DNA from: Heptranchias perlo
Lineage: Eukaryota
Direction: 5' to 3'
DNA: 64,000 bases
Assembly: GCF_035084215.1 (NCBI RefSeq)
Contig: NC_090361.1
Location: 3,658,001-3,722,000, forward strand
The notes below the pieces were generated by a model. The model saw only the letters and a list, made by a program, of their open reading frames with translations. It searched no databases and was not told the origin of the DNA. Made by a program: the position numbers and the translations under genes. Of this stretch, positions 1 to 12,405 are shown one piece after another (position 1 is the first letter of the stretch; every line of letters starts with the position of its first letter).

Positions 1-127
1 TCCATGGCAAGTTAAGGGAAATGGAACCAAGGAGGGTAAATGGAGTTAAGATACAAATCAGCCATGATCTAATTGAATGGCGGAACAGGCTCGAGGGGCT
101 GAATGGCCTCCTCCTGTTCCTGTGTTC
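1..127 (+). mobile_element. CR1 LINE 3' tail fragment
   Basis: cagccatgatctaattgaatggcggaacaggctcgaggggctgaatggcctcctcctgttcctgtg, the same tail as other CR1 copies in the window. Confidence 0.8.
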
Positions 128-844
128 CCTGCTGGAATGTGCTTGTGCACGAGGTTAAGATCAGCCTCAGCTGTAATGCCCTCCACAGTTGAATAGCCAG
201 TGCAATGTGACCATTCCCCGTGCATGCATAGTTTTTCGAATTGTTTTGCCACTTTAAACCAATTAAAATGAATGGGGTACGGCGTTGCGATGGGATACCC
301 TAGGCCTCGGCTCATAGGCACCCTTCCCTCCTGAGGGTGCCTTGCGGGGGAGCGACTGCTGGATCTGTGGGTTGCACCCTAGCACGAGCCCTGGGAGAAA
401 ACTGGGCAATTAGACAGTAACTTCACATGTTAGTCTGCCAGACTCGGCTTTTTAATTAACGTGAAGGGCTCAGTAACGTGACTAACCATTACGGCAATCT
501 ATCCTTTGCGTGTCTGTTGTGCTGAGCAAATTGTTCTCTTTATCTAAACGGAGCAAGCAGCCCTGAAAGAGAATGTACATACGTTGATTCTGATTGACAG
601 GTTAACTTACATTAAATGAATGCCTAGTAGTAACTACAATGAATGTGCTTAACCCAATATTACGTAGAATCTACAGCACAGAAACAGGACATTCGGCCCA
701 GCTAGTCTATGCTGGTGTTTATACTCCACATGAACCTCCTCCCACTCTAAATACCCCTTCCCATCTTGCCCCCATATCCCTCTCTTCCCCTTCTCCCTCA
801 TGTATTTTAGCTTATTTTTCCCCTCTATAAATGTCATGGTTTTT

Positions 845-1300
845 ATAGAATCATAGAATGATGCAGCTCAGAAGGAGGCCATACAGCAGTCGTGCCAGCT
901 CTTTGAGAGAGCTATCCAATCAATCCCACTCCCCCGCTCTTTCCCCATAACCCTGCACATTTTTCCTTTTCAAGTATTTATCCAATTCCCTTTTGAAAGT
1001 TATTATTGAATCTGCTTCCACCGCCCTTTCAGGCAGCGCATTCCAGATCATAACAACTCGCTGTGTTAAAAAAAATTCTCCTCATCTCCCCTCTGGTTCT
1101 TTTGCCAATTATCTTAAATCTGTGTCCTCTGGTTTCTGACCCTCCAGCCAGTGGAAACAGTTTCTCTTTATTTACTCAATTATAACCCCTCATAATTTTA
1201 AATCTCCCTTTAACCTTCTCTGCTCTAAGGAGAACAATCCCATCTTCTCCATTCTCTCCAGAAAACTGAAGTCCTTCATCCCTGGAACCATTCTAGTAAA
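845..1300 (-). mobile_element. CR1 LINE 3' fragment
   Basis: (atagaatc)n tail followed by an ORF2 C-terminal remnant; same family as 59610-60040. Confidence 0.8.
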
Positions 1301-1374
1301 TCTGATTAGTTTTTAATTTAACATTTTGTGTGGCTCCTGTATGTAGCTTGTATTCCCTTAATTTTAAGACCAGG

Positions 1375-2400
1375 AACATAAGAACATAAGAAATACGAGC
1401 AGGAGTAGGCCATTCGGCCCCTCAAGCCTGCTCCGCCATTCAGTAAGATCATGGCTGATCTTCGACCTCAACTCCATTTTCTCGCTCGATCCCCATATCC
1501 CTTGATTCCCCTAGAGACCAAAAATCTATCCATCTCAGCCTTGAATATACTCAACGACTCAGCATCCACAGCCCTCTGGGATAGAGATTCTTCTGAGTGA
1601 AGAAATTTTTCCTCATCTCAGTCTTAAATGTCCGACCCCTTATCCTGACACTATGCCCCCTAGTTCTAGACTCTCCAGCCAGGGGAAACAGACTCTCAGC
1701 ATCTACCCTGTCAAGGCCCCTCAGAATCTTATGTTTCAATGAGATCACCTCCTTCTAAATTCCAGAGAATATAGGCCCATTCTACTCAATCTCTCCTCAA
1801 AGGACAACCCTCTCATCCCAGGAATCAATCTAGTGAACCTTCGTTGCACCGCCTCTAAGGCAAGTATATCCTTCCTGAGATAAGGAGACCAAAACTGTAC
1901 ACAGTACTCCAGGTGAGGTCTCACCAAAGCCCTGTACAATTGCAGCAAGATGTCCTTACTCTTGTACTCCAACCCTCTTGCAGTAAAGGCCAACATACCA
2001 TTTGCCTTCCTAATTGCTTGCTGTACCCGCAGGTCAATGTTCTGTGTTTCGTGTACAAGGACACTCAAATCCCAATGAACACCAACATTTAACAGTTTCT
2101 CATCCTTTAAAAAAAAAATTCTGTTTTTCTATTCTTCATACCAAAGTGAATAACCTCACATTTGCCCACATTATACTCCATCTGCCACCTTCTTGCCCAC
2201 TCACTTAACCTATCTATATCCCCTTGCAGACTCTCTGCTTCCTCCTCACAGCTTACTTTCCCACCTAGCTTTGTATCATCAGCAAACTTGGATACATTAC
2301 ACTCGGTCCCTTCATCTAATTCATTAATATAGACTGTAAATAGCTGAGGCCCCAGCACTGATCTTTGCGGCATCCATTAGTAACAGCCTGCCAACCTGAA
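1375..2400 (-). mobile_element. CR1 LINE, 5'-truncated (RT and C-terminus)
   Basis: Frameshifted ORFs with PQRSVLGP, KFADDTK and YRALVRPHLEYCVQFWSP; (aacataag)n tail. Confidence 0.92.
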
Positions 2401-2764
2401 AATTTTGTTCGGCCAATTCTGCTTGAAGTATCTCCGCTTCTCCTTGTTAGCGTCCTGAAGCTCAAATGCTAAATGGCCTCTAACAGCTGGGAACATTCAA
2501 GTGTTAAGCTTGGATTTGTGTCTCTGTTGGTAGAAATATACAGCCAGGCAATCGCCACCTGAAAGAAAAGTCTGGGTTAATGCTGTGTGTGTGTGACCCT
2601 TCTTCAGATATAACACAGGTACCTGCTAAGTGACTGGTTGTGCATTTTTTTGTGTTTTTGTTTAGTTTTCCAGCATTTAGGTGGGTGGGAGGTTATATTT
2701 TTGGAACAGGGTGAACATTCTGGGAGTGGGGGGGCCAAGAGAAGGAGGAGAACAGAGTGAGGAA

Positions 2765-3075
2765 AGGAAGGATTTGTATTTATATAGTGCCTTTCACGAC
2801 CTCCGGAAGTTCCAAAGCACTTTACAGCCAGTGAAGTATTTCTGAAGTGTAGTCACTGTTGTAAAGTAGGAAACGCGGCAGCCAATTTGTGCACAGCAAG
2901 ATCCCACAAAAACAGAAACGTGATAACCAGATAATCCGTTGATGCTGGTTAAATATAAACCAGGACACCGGGGAGATCTCCCCTGCTCTTCTTGGAATAA
3001 TGCCGTGGGACCTTTTACGTCCACCTGAGGGGGCAGACGGGTCTTTGGTTTAATGTCTCTATCATCCGACAGTTG
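2765..3075 (-). mobile_element. Deu-domain SINE fragment (SacSINE1/AmnSINE1-like)
   Basis: Core caggtggacgtaaaaggtcccacggc...gaagagcagggg and L2-like tail ggcactatataaat. Confidence 0.8.
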
Positions 3076-3547
3076 CAACGCTGTCTAAATTACAATCCTC
3101 ATCCAAAATTATCTTGTGCAGTATGGAGGGTGGGTGGTTTTTGTGACCAGCTAAGGGATTGAGTTTCAGAATTTTAATATAGATGGCTGAAAATGACTTG
3201 GGACAAGGGGTGAAAAAATAACAGCTATCACCAATCAATCTCTGTTTCCTTTGGGGGAATTGTATGGAGTTGTGATTGGGTTTTCCTTGCTTTTAGCTTT
3301 TATTCCAATCCTTCTATGGAATAATGGGTGAGGAAAAGTTTGGCAACTATAAATTGTCTTCATAACTTCCTCCTTGTATCTACTTGTCCAGTGATTCGAG
3401 CGTTGGCCAGTAATTGCGTAGCTACCTTTTCATTGACTGAATTGGAAATACGTTTGACTTGAATCCAATCAATGTGAGCATCCGTGTTTTCTGATTTTTG
3501 CTGTGTTGAATTATTTGCTCTGAACCGCATGTTCTGTTCGATCCCAG

Positions 3548-3629
3548 CCATCTGTGTTTGAAGAGAAAGCCATTGAAAAGGTGGATGATCTGCTCGAAAG
3601 TTACATGGGGATCAGGGATAACGAACTGG
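3548..3629 (+). CDS. GIPC1: GIPC PDZ-domain adaptor, penultimate coding exon (GH2 domain)
   Basis: Acceptor cccAG|CCA, donor CTG G|GTGAGT, 82 nt. Translates [27 protein letters not shown], nearly identical to vertebrate GIPC1 ([27 protein letters not shown]). Confidence 0.95.
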
Positions 3630-4959
3630 GTGAGTAATGCCCATTTATTTAGCGCCTTATCACACCTAAATGTCTCGATGTGCTTTTCACAGTTAATTAC
3701 TTTTGGAGGATAGTGACGTAGAAGGATATGCTGATAGGGTTAGATGGAGAGGTGGGAGGAGGCTCGTGTGGAGCACAAACACCGGCATAGACCAGTTGGG
3801 CCGAATGGCCTGTTTCTGTGCTGCAGACTATGTAATTCTAGGTAGTGTGATTGGTCTTTTGCAGTTTGACTGTAACTTTCACGTCTTGTTATAGAAATTA
3901 ATTGTATTGTAAGATTTCTATACCACACACTGGGTTGTTGTAATAAAAATTGCAATGGCAAGTAGGCTAGGTAAAGGACTGTGCTTGCAATCAAAAGGGT
4001 AATTGAACAAGATGGGAGAACTGGGCAGCTGAAGGGACTCCCTCTCGTTCCTTTTTATAAAAATCAAAATTGTTGTCTTTCACGCTGTTAGATCTGAATA
4101 AAAATACAGTTGTAATAGATTTTCAAGAAATTCGAGACGTCCAGTGCTGTAATTGTTTTTTGCTGCTTTTCGGAAGAATTGGCATTGCCCTAAATTAAAA
4201 TGGAAGCAAGAGTTGTCTTGATGTCCTCTGGAAGTTGCCAAGAGGGTTGGTCACGTTGATTTGGATGGTGATGGTGATGGTGATGGAAGCCTCTGGCCAT
4301 GTTCATGTTTGCATTCTGCCATTCAATGTGTGTACACAAATGGCGAGCAAGGATGATGTGTGCTCCGTATACGTGTCTACATTTACACCAACAGACTGAG
4401 CTTTCAGATGAGCTTTCCTCTCCCCTCCTTGCTTACATATTGGTCCTTGTCCTCTTCAAATTCCTCCAGAGCCTCGCTCCACCCTAACTCTGCATACTCG
4501 CTCAGCCCTACATCCCCATCCTCTGCTTTTACAACTGACCTGTTATTTTCTTCTCCAGCTCCACCATCCGTGAAGAGCTTTCAGCCGCCAACACTCCGGA
4601 ATTCTTATCCAACATCCCTCTGCCTTGCTTTCTATCTCCTCAACAAAAGCCTTCCTCAAATCTACCTCCCCAACTCCTCTTCCTTCTCCGGCTTGGGTGC
4701 AAGTCCCACCCGGGAAGTGTTGGAGGATGTTTCACAACGTTATAAGTGCTTCATAAATGTGTCTTCTGTGTTGAGCCTCTCGTTATAGGGAGGTTTAAGG
4801 GTACCAGAGTGAGCTAAACCTTAGCTGGGACAGAGGCCAACTTATTCTGCTCCAGAGACCCTGGTAATGAATCCACTGCAAGTTTATGTCACCTGCCGGA
4901 TGTGTAAGATGGGGCTGAAATCTGTGGTATTGTCATTCTGGTTGTGTTTTGTATTGACA

Positions 4960-5312
4960 CTTCGATCGGGTAGATAGAGAGAAATTATTCCCTCTGAGGG
5001 GGGAGTCCAGAGCAAGGGGGCATAACCTTAAAATTAGAGCCAGGCCGTTCAGGGGTGATGCCAGGAAGCACTTCGTCACACAAAGGGGAGTGGGAATCTG
5101 GAACTCTTTTCCCCCCCCCCCAAAAAAAAAGCTGCTGAGGCTGGGGGTCAATTGAAAATTTAAAAACTGAGATTGATAGATTTTTGTTAGGAAAGGGTAT
5201 TAAGGGTTAAGGAACCAAGGCGGTTAAACGGAGTTAAGATACAGATCAGCCATGATCTAATTGAATGGTGGAACAGGCAAGAGGGGCTGAATGGCCTCCT
5301 GTTGTTCCTATG
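4960..5312 (+). mobile_element. CR1 LINE 3' fragment (GIPC1 intron)
   Basis: DRVDREKLFPL-type remnant followed by the CR1 tail. Confidence 0.8.
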
Positions 5313-7149
5313 TGTATGGTTATTCAGCTCTCTGTTACATTTAGATTCAGTAACTTTGCCCAACTCATTATTTTGAAAACAGAAGATTCAAATGTGGGGG
5401 ACAGGAGGGGAGTTGAGGGACAGTAAGGATAAAGTATTTAGTGTTAATAAAAGTATGCTCTCCCTTTAAGATGTGTACTGATGAGGGAATTTCTTGACTT
5501 GGAGAGTTCAGATCTTGTCTCTGTGTTCCTTGATAAGTAGGACAAGAGACTAACATCGAGTTTCATAATTATTGTTGTGCATTTCTTTCCCTCCCCTGCT
5601 GCCCCTATCATCTGCATCAAAGGGAGTTTGTAACCTGCATTAAAATATTTACCAGTATTCTAAAAATAGTGCAGAAGGAATTAAACCTCATTGTTACTGG
5701 TTTTTAGTTTTAAAAAAAAAGTTTCCTAAATTGTCACGGTTGCTTTAGATGTTAGGAGGGGCGGGTGGAGAAGGTGGGTGGTGTGGAGTATGTTAAATCT
5801 TCTGTTGATCACCAAGGCATGAAGGAGAGGGTCGCTACTTTTGTTATACAATTCCAACAGGGTGAGAAACAACTAGGTTTTTCTTATAAAAGCAAGCTTT
5901 TTCAGAAAGGTCCACATTCATTGCACTCTGTGCCGAATTAGCTGATGTCAGCCGTGGCAATGGAGGAAGCTGTTATTAGTCTTAGTGCCTCTGCATTAGG
6001 GAAATGAAACAGTTGCATTAATATAGTGCCTTATCAGTGTCCCAAAACACCTCATACTGTAAATTACTTTGAAGCGCAGTGGCTGTTAGGCAGCAGCCAA
6101 TCTGTGCACAGCAAGATCCAACAAACAGCAGTTGGATGAACCAACTGCTAATCTGTCGGTAGCTGTGGGAGGAATGTTGGCCAAGGCACAGGACGAACTC
6201 CCGGCTCATCATCTAATCGTGCTATGGGATCTTTTAACACTCAACTGAACCACAGGAATATGGAAGTTTAACATCTCATTCAACACAGCACCCCTCAATG
6301 GAGCATCACCATAAATTATGTGCTTCTGTCCTGGAGCATTCATACTTCTGACTCAGACAAAACTGAGTCAATCTGAAAATAAGGGAAAATCGGCCAGGAT
6401 GCCTAATCTTTCAGCTGCTTGTAGAAACAAAGATTTTCCTTCTTAGGGTCCAGCAAGCTCCCAGATGGAATAAAATCATGAGAAAACTTTTAAATTTGGT
6501 TAGTTTCTTTCTGGGTTTCTTGGAAACTGGCTGGTATCCAACATCGTTGGCTCAAGTTATTGCATCCCAAATGGACATCAATAGTACGCTGTTTTTTTGA
6601 TTTGCGAAGCAATGGAAGAGACTGAGCTGCAGCCTCTTTGGTTTTGGGACTCCAAAAAGAAAATTAAGAACCTACAATTAATTATGTGGGACTGGATCCA
6701 TAATTTGTATTTTCCTCTATTCCTTCTCCCCCCTCATTCGCTGCCCCTGGGTACGGTTTTACAGATGTCAGCATCCTCTCAGTACTCGCCAAGGCTGGTA
6801 TTTCCTGTACATGTGGCTGTTGGCAAGGCAGTTCAACCAGGGTGATGAGAAAGTCTTAGAGCTCGAGCTTAATTCTGTCCTTGGACGTCCCGATACATGT
6901 ATATTGGAGAAAAGTCATTGGATGGTGATCTGGAAGAGATCCTGGTTGTGTGAGGTTGAGGGGGTTTGGCCAGAGAGAGACAAAGTGAGTGGGTCTTCAT
7001 TGGCCACACTCTTGCACGTCTTAGCAGCTGATTACCGGGCAGTATCAAATGATGCATGAGGATCAATGCCTGGTTGCTGCCCTGTGGTGAAGAGGAAAGA
7101 AGTGACCCAGCACAAGGCAGAGAAGAAACTTTTTAGAAAAAAAAATAAA

Positions 7150-7280
7150 AGTAAAATACTGCGGATGCTGAAAATGTGAAATAAAAACAGAAAATGCTGG
7201 AAACACTCAGCAGGTCAGGCATTATCTACAGAGGGAGAAACAGACTTAACGTTTCAGGTCGATGACCTTTCGTCAGAATT
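7150..7280 (-). mobile_element. Penelope-like element terminal-repeat fragment with hammerhead core
   Basis: Minus strand reads ttCTGACGA-A-AGGTC-atc-GACCT-GAAAC-GTT-aa, followed by the tgctga...ttccagcattttctgttttt motif shared with copies near 2600, 13600 and 14400. Confidence 0.6.
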
Positions 7281-7792
7281 TTTTTAAATGATCATTAAAG
7301 ATAAATTATTTGGTGTTAACTAAATTGATTCTTTTTCAGTGGGCAAACCAGTTGGGAATGATTAACTTATGGTTGAGGGAATGAAGTTGACCTGACAGTA
7401 TAACAAACCTGATACCAACTTTTTTGGGGAAATTCTGCATTTCATGAGTGATGTTAACAAAAAATTTCCTTTCCACTTTCCCAGCCTTCATTCTTCCATT
7501 CATTCAGTTTGCAAGGACGTCTGTTAAAACTTCTGTAACTTTGACTTGGTATTTCGAAGGCGAACACTATTATTTTTGGGAAGGGGAGGGAGAGTCGAGC
7601 TGTCTTTCTTATAATACCTCCATGTGAATCGGGAAACAAACTTCTGATCCCCAAAATGGGAGAGATTAATTTTTATTACAAGATCTGCCAGAGGAGCTCT
7701 GGGGATATTGTTCATAGGAAAATTCACATAACAGGATATGATCTTATCGTTACTAGTATGCAGATACTGTTCTTATTTCTTATGTTCTTATG

Positions 7793-8065
7793 GACTAATA
7801 AATCCAATAAGGAATTCAGGAGAATCTTCTTTACCCAGAGAGTGGTTAGAATGTGGAACTCGCTACCACAAGGAGTAGTTGAGGCGAATAACATAGATGC
7901 ATTTAAGGGGAAGCTAGATAAACAATTGAGGGAGAAAGGAATAGAAGGATATGCTGATAGGGTGAGATGAAGTAGGGTGGAAGGGGGCTCGTGTGGAGCA
8001 TGAACACCGGCGAGGACCTGTTGGGCCGAATTGCCTGTTTCTGTGCTGTACATTCTATGTAATCT
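7793..8065 (+). mobile_element. CR1 LINE 3' fragment
   Basis: TNKSNKEFRRIFFTQRVVRMWNSLP plus tail; near-identical family copies at 19423, 45000 and 63640. Confidence 0.85.
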
Positions 8066-8370
8066 CTCTTTCTCATTAATTTCACTAATATTTGATCAGT
8101 AAGATTGACTCCCATATAAGAGCAGAATTTATTTATTGACTAAGACCTGGCCCGGAAGCTTAGCATGTTAGTGCAGCTGGTTCATGGCAGTGATTTGTAA
8201 AATGTTTTAAGTTCTCTTTTCTCTTTCTCCTCCCACCTCCCCTCCTTCCCTGGCTCCAGGCGCACGTGAGAAAGATTCAGATGAGAGATTCAGATGAGTC
8301 ACTCTTGCAGTCCTGTCTCCTCCACCCATTTGTTTGGGAAGGAACCCTGCAATAGTTGTCTTTACAGTAG

Positions 8371-8465
8371 TAAACAATTTTACAACACCAAGTTATAGTC
8401 CAGCAATTTTATTTTAAATTCACAAGCTTTCGGAGACTTCCTCCTTCCTCAGGTAAATGTTTTTA
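8371..8465 (-). mobile_element. Short Penelope-type insertion with minimal hammerhead motif, 11-bp TSD
   Basis: Direct repeat CTTTACAGTAG at 8360-8370 and 8466-8476. Minus strand reads TTTAC-CTGAGGA-A-GGAG-gaagt-CTCC-GAAAGCTT-GTGAA, followed by AATAAA. Confidence 0.7.
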
Positions 8466-8542
8466 CTTTACAGTAGGGGAATGCAGCATGGGGGTCTCTG
8501 TGACTGGGTCTCTTGCTGACGTTACTCTCTCTTTCTCCACAG

Positions 8543-8691
8543 CCGCTACCATGGTGGACCTGGGCAAAGACAGGAGGAACCCAGACGAGTTTGCACAGGC
8601 ACTTGATGAGGACCTCGGTGACTTTGCATTTCCTGACGAGTTTGTCTTTGACGTCTGGGGTGCCATAGGAGATGCGAGGGCCGGACGATAA
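8543..8691 (+). CDS. GIPC1: GIPC1 last coding exon
   Basis: Acceptor ctctctttctccacAG|CC, phase 1, matching the previous exon. Translates AATMVDLGKDRRNPDEFAQALDEDLGDFAFPDEFVFDVWGAIGDARAGR, then TAA TAA. Confidence 0.95.
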
Positions 8692-9560
8692 TAACTGGGC
8701 ACCGTCGCTAAGACTGTACAAGTTCAATGGAAGGGTCATTTAAAAATATATATATATTTAGAAAATATGCTAATAATTTTAGGACTCTGGGCGCTGGGTT
8801 ACTTTTTACAGGAACATTTCCTAATGAATTTGTACGGATGGACCGACCAATAATGCTTGTTCGTAGACTGCATCTGTTTTGTAGACAAATACTTGAGTAC
8901 CTTAGGTGCCATATTGTGGTGTGCTGATGGTGTCTGTAATGTGGATGCCACAATTTGAGAGAGTTTTCCTGTGACAAAATTATACAAAGAAGTTATTTTT
9001 AATATATTTTTGCAGAATTGTTTATGGGGTGGGGAATTTTTTTTGAAGATGTGAATTCAGCCTCTGTCTTGTAGGCTGTGGTTTTAAAAAGAATTGGGAG
9101 TGCACCCTCCAGTATGGCGAGACACTAGGGAGTCTCCACTCCACTAGGACACTTTAAAATATGGTCTCAACTTGCGCTTTTATTAGGTTTTTTTTGTACT
9201 GATTTTCTAGTTTCAGATACCAAGCATCACTCTTTAGGCTGAAAAATGGGAAATTGTGCTCTTGTAAAAGAAAATACTTTTTTTTAAAGAAAAGGCGACT
9301 TTCATTCATATAACGGCTTATTGTGCACTTCAAGCATCTCAAAGTGCTTCACTTACAGTGTATAAATGAAAGCTGTTGTAGTATAAAGTCCCTCTGCGCT
9401 ATTTTTCTAAGACGATAACACATGTAAAATAAATGAGCTAACACTGGTTAAAACAGCAGATAAAAAATTTCATGCACCTGCACCAACCTGCTAATTACTG
9501 ATGATCACTGCGCACTTTCCCCCCCTTAGAGCGGAACTAATTTATTTACCATTAAAGATG
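8692..9560 (+). other. GIPC1: GIPC1 3' UTR with candidate polyadenylation signals
   Basis: AT-rich unique sequence after the stop; AATAAA at 9428-9433 and ATTAAA at 9551-9556. The true 3' end is unknown and could be longer. Confidence 0.5.
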
Positions 9561-10752
9561 CTGTTTCTAGGATTTTGGTGATGTGTGATGTGGAATGTTC
9601 ATACTGTGTCCACCCGAACTGAAAAAAGGCACCCTGCAATACAATTCTAACAGTTGTGACCTTCCGGCCTTGGTTGTACCTTTGGTGAACGTTCTAAAAA
9701 GAAAGACTTGCATTTCTAGAACACACTTCACGACCTCAGGACGGCCCATCCTGCCCGTGCCGGCTCTTTGAAAGAGCGATCCAATTAGTCCCACTCCCCT
9801 GCTCTTTCTGCATAGCCCTGCAAATTTCTCCCCTTCAAGTACCATCTTTTGTGTCTGAAAGGGGAAGGGTGAATAGCAGAATGAGGAAAGTTAACATTAA
9901 AACAAATGCACAAAACTACTTTTGTCAGACATTTGATAAAGATGTTTGTAAATGTGTCCAGGAAACAGTGCTCAGGAGGCTGTGTATTGAAGGGTGATGC
10001 ACGACGAATTAGCCTTTAGCAGGAAAGCGACTTCAGTGAGAGTATAAAGAAATGATCACACTTGGCCTAATTAGCCTGTTTTTGTTTTTGTAACTCTGAC
10101 CCTTGGCTCACTGCATTTCTTTGTTTTTTTTTCTATTGCAAGGAGAGCTGATGTTTGGTATCATAGGTGTTCGGGGTTTCATTTAAGCCAACTCTTTGTT
10201 CGACGGGCACAAACCAATATCTGCAAACTAGATTCCGGCCAGTACGACTAGGTCTGAACAGTTCGCTGTAACAAAAGTAATGTGCAACTACATAACATTT
10301 TGCAGCACATAAACAGGCCATTCGGCCCAACTGGTCTGTGCCGGTGTTTATGCTCCACACGAGCCTCCTCCCACTTTTTGTGGAAGTGGTTGGAACTTTG
10401 ACTTTCCGGGTCCTTGAATTTAACACTAACCTCCTGGGGTGTGTGAGTTTAATGGGGAATACCACTAGTGTATAACTGAGGGTGAATTAAACTCTTGCTC
10501 AGTTAGTATCCTGTTTTGTAGCACTATTGGCCTCAAGTTACAAACTGATTTAAATCTCCTTAATTTTTTTTAAAAACAAAAACTGATCTGGATAACTGGC
10601 AAACCGTATTGTGGTTCAATCTGTTACATGGTAAAATAGCATATTCGAAGTAGAGAGTAAATTTACAATGTTACATCTTTACACGTTTCTGTAAATCATG
10701 AAGTGATGCAGGAATGTCCAAGCTTTTTGCCTTGGTGAGCTATGTTGATACA

Positions 10753-10935
10753 TCCTCTGGTTAGCAACTCTGCTGCCACTGGAAACAGTTTCTCCATATC
10801 TACTCGATCAAAACCCCTCATGATTTTGAACACCTCTATTAAATCTCCCCTTAACCTTCTCTGCTGTAAGGAGAACAATCCCAGCTTCTCCAGTCTCTCC
10901 ACATAACTGTAGTCCCTCATCGCTGGTACCATTCC
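10753..10935 (-). mobile_element. CR1 LINE ORF2 fragment
   Basis: YVERLEKLGLFSLQQRRLRGDLIEVFKIM. Confidence 0.8.
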
Positions 10936-11984
10936 AGATCCACAAAATTCAAACAGGACAAATCAGCGCATGAGAACCATTAGCGCAGATAGGATTGAGT
11001 TGCCTGGGCTTGTTTGGCCGGATTGCCAGGGCTCGGGCAGCAGTTTGGACAGCCCGAAGTAATGCCAACCCCTGAATTTCTAAACTTAAATGAAGTTACT
11101 TTTCCTCATTGCTGATATCATGTTTATTTCCCAATGTCAAACAGAAGAATAATTAAATTTATCTAATTAATTGCTTTCTCGTTCAATGGGGTAGAATTTC
11201 ACTCAACACTTGGCACCGCCTCTGTGTTGCTTTCAGAAATGTGTACACAATTAAAAAACATTTGCACAAAGTTAAATGTTTCCATTGTCAAAACTGAAGG
11301 TACTTTTTTAAAAATATATATAGTTTATAGTGCACGTCACACTTTATAGATGTCCATAGCACACATAATCTGCCACACTTACTGCCTCATGGGCAATCAA
11401 AAAAACACTTAACCTCTACCTCTCTGCTTTACCCTCGCTCACCACACACCCATTCTCAAACTTTTACCGTATCCTTTGACTCGCCGTGAGCAATGTCACA
11501 GGGGGTGCACTAGTACTATTTATTTTCTTCAGCAGGAACTCAGCTAAGTATCCCTACTGCTGGTATTTAGGAAGCACTTTTATCAGGTCACTTACCATTT
11601 AGGGCTGAGCTGCTATGGTCACCTCTTATCACGTGCAAATCGGGGTGACATTTGACATTTTTAGTCGTGCCGATCTTTTGAAGTTCCTAATCCTTATGCT
11701 GTGGTACAAACTCTCGTGGTTTGTTCCTTAGTCGTCCTGCCGATTTACTATAAATGTTTTTGCAGAACCATCATCTGACACCATCTTAGCCTCTGCCAAT
11801 TGCTTCAAAGTGGAAAGGTGCAATTTGAAATGTTCTAATATCCTTTTAAATCTGCACGCCTCGTTGCTTGGAGGCTGGGGAAGGCACCATACTCGGGATT
11901 GAGAGTTTTGTGCCATTTTCCAGATATTTGGTTTCTGTTCTATCCAGGCAATTCCATCTAGAGAATGGTCGTTCCTGGGGAGGA

Positions 11985-12405
11985 AAAAGAACTTGCATTA
12001 ATACAGCGTCTTTCGCGTTCTCCAGTCGTCCCAGCAATAAATTACTTTTGAAGTACAGTCACTATTGTAATGTAGGCAAACTGGGCAATCAATTTGCGCA
12101 CAGAAAGGTCCCACAAACAGCAAATGAGCCAAGTGATCGGTTAATGTGTTTTGATGATGTTGGCTGAAGGATAAATGTTGGCCAGGACACTGGGAAGGCC
12201 TGCTGCTCTTCGAATAGTGCCGGGATCTCTCGAGTCCACCTAAGCCCATGGACATGACCGCAGTTTAACATCATAGCTGAAACACAGCACCTCTGGCAAT
12301 GCAGCACTCCCTCAGTACAGGGTATGTTATGCGCTGAAGCCCCGGAGTGAGGCTTGAACACATGAACCTCTGACTGAGGCTACCACTGAGCCGAGCTGAC
12401 ACTTG
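11985..12405 (-). mobile_element. Deu-domain SINE, diverged full-length copy
   Basis: tRNA-like head (gctcagtggtag...gttcaagcc), Deu core and tail. Confidence 0.75.

Noticed and set aside
316-342. 9-bp perfect hairpin AGGCACCCT/AGGGTGCCT
   Set aside because: An isolated stem of this size is expected by chance in 64 kb; no ribozyme or ncRNA motif was recognised.
8488-8691. 67-aa stand-alone ORF
   Set aside because: It is the GIPC1 last exon plus in-frame intronic sequence, not a separate gene.
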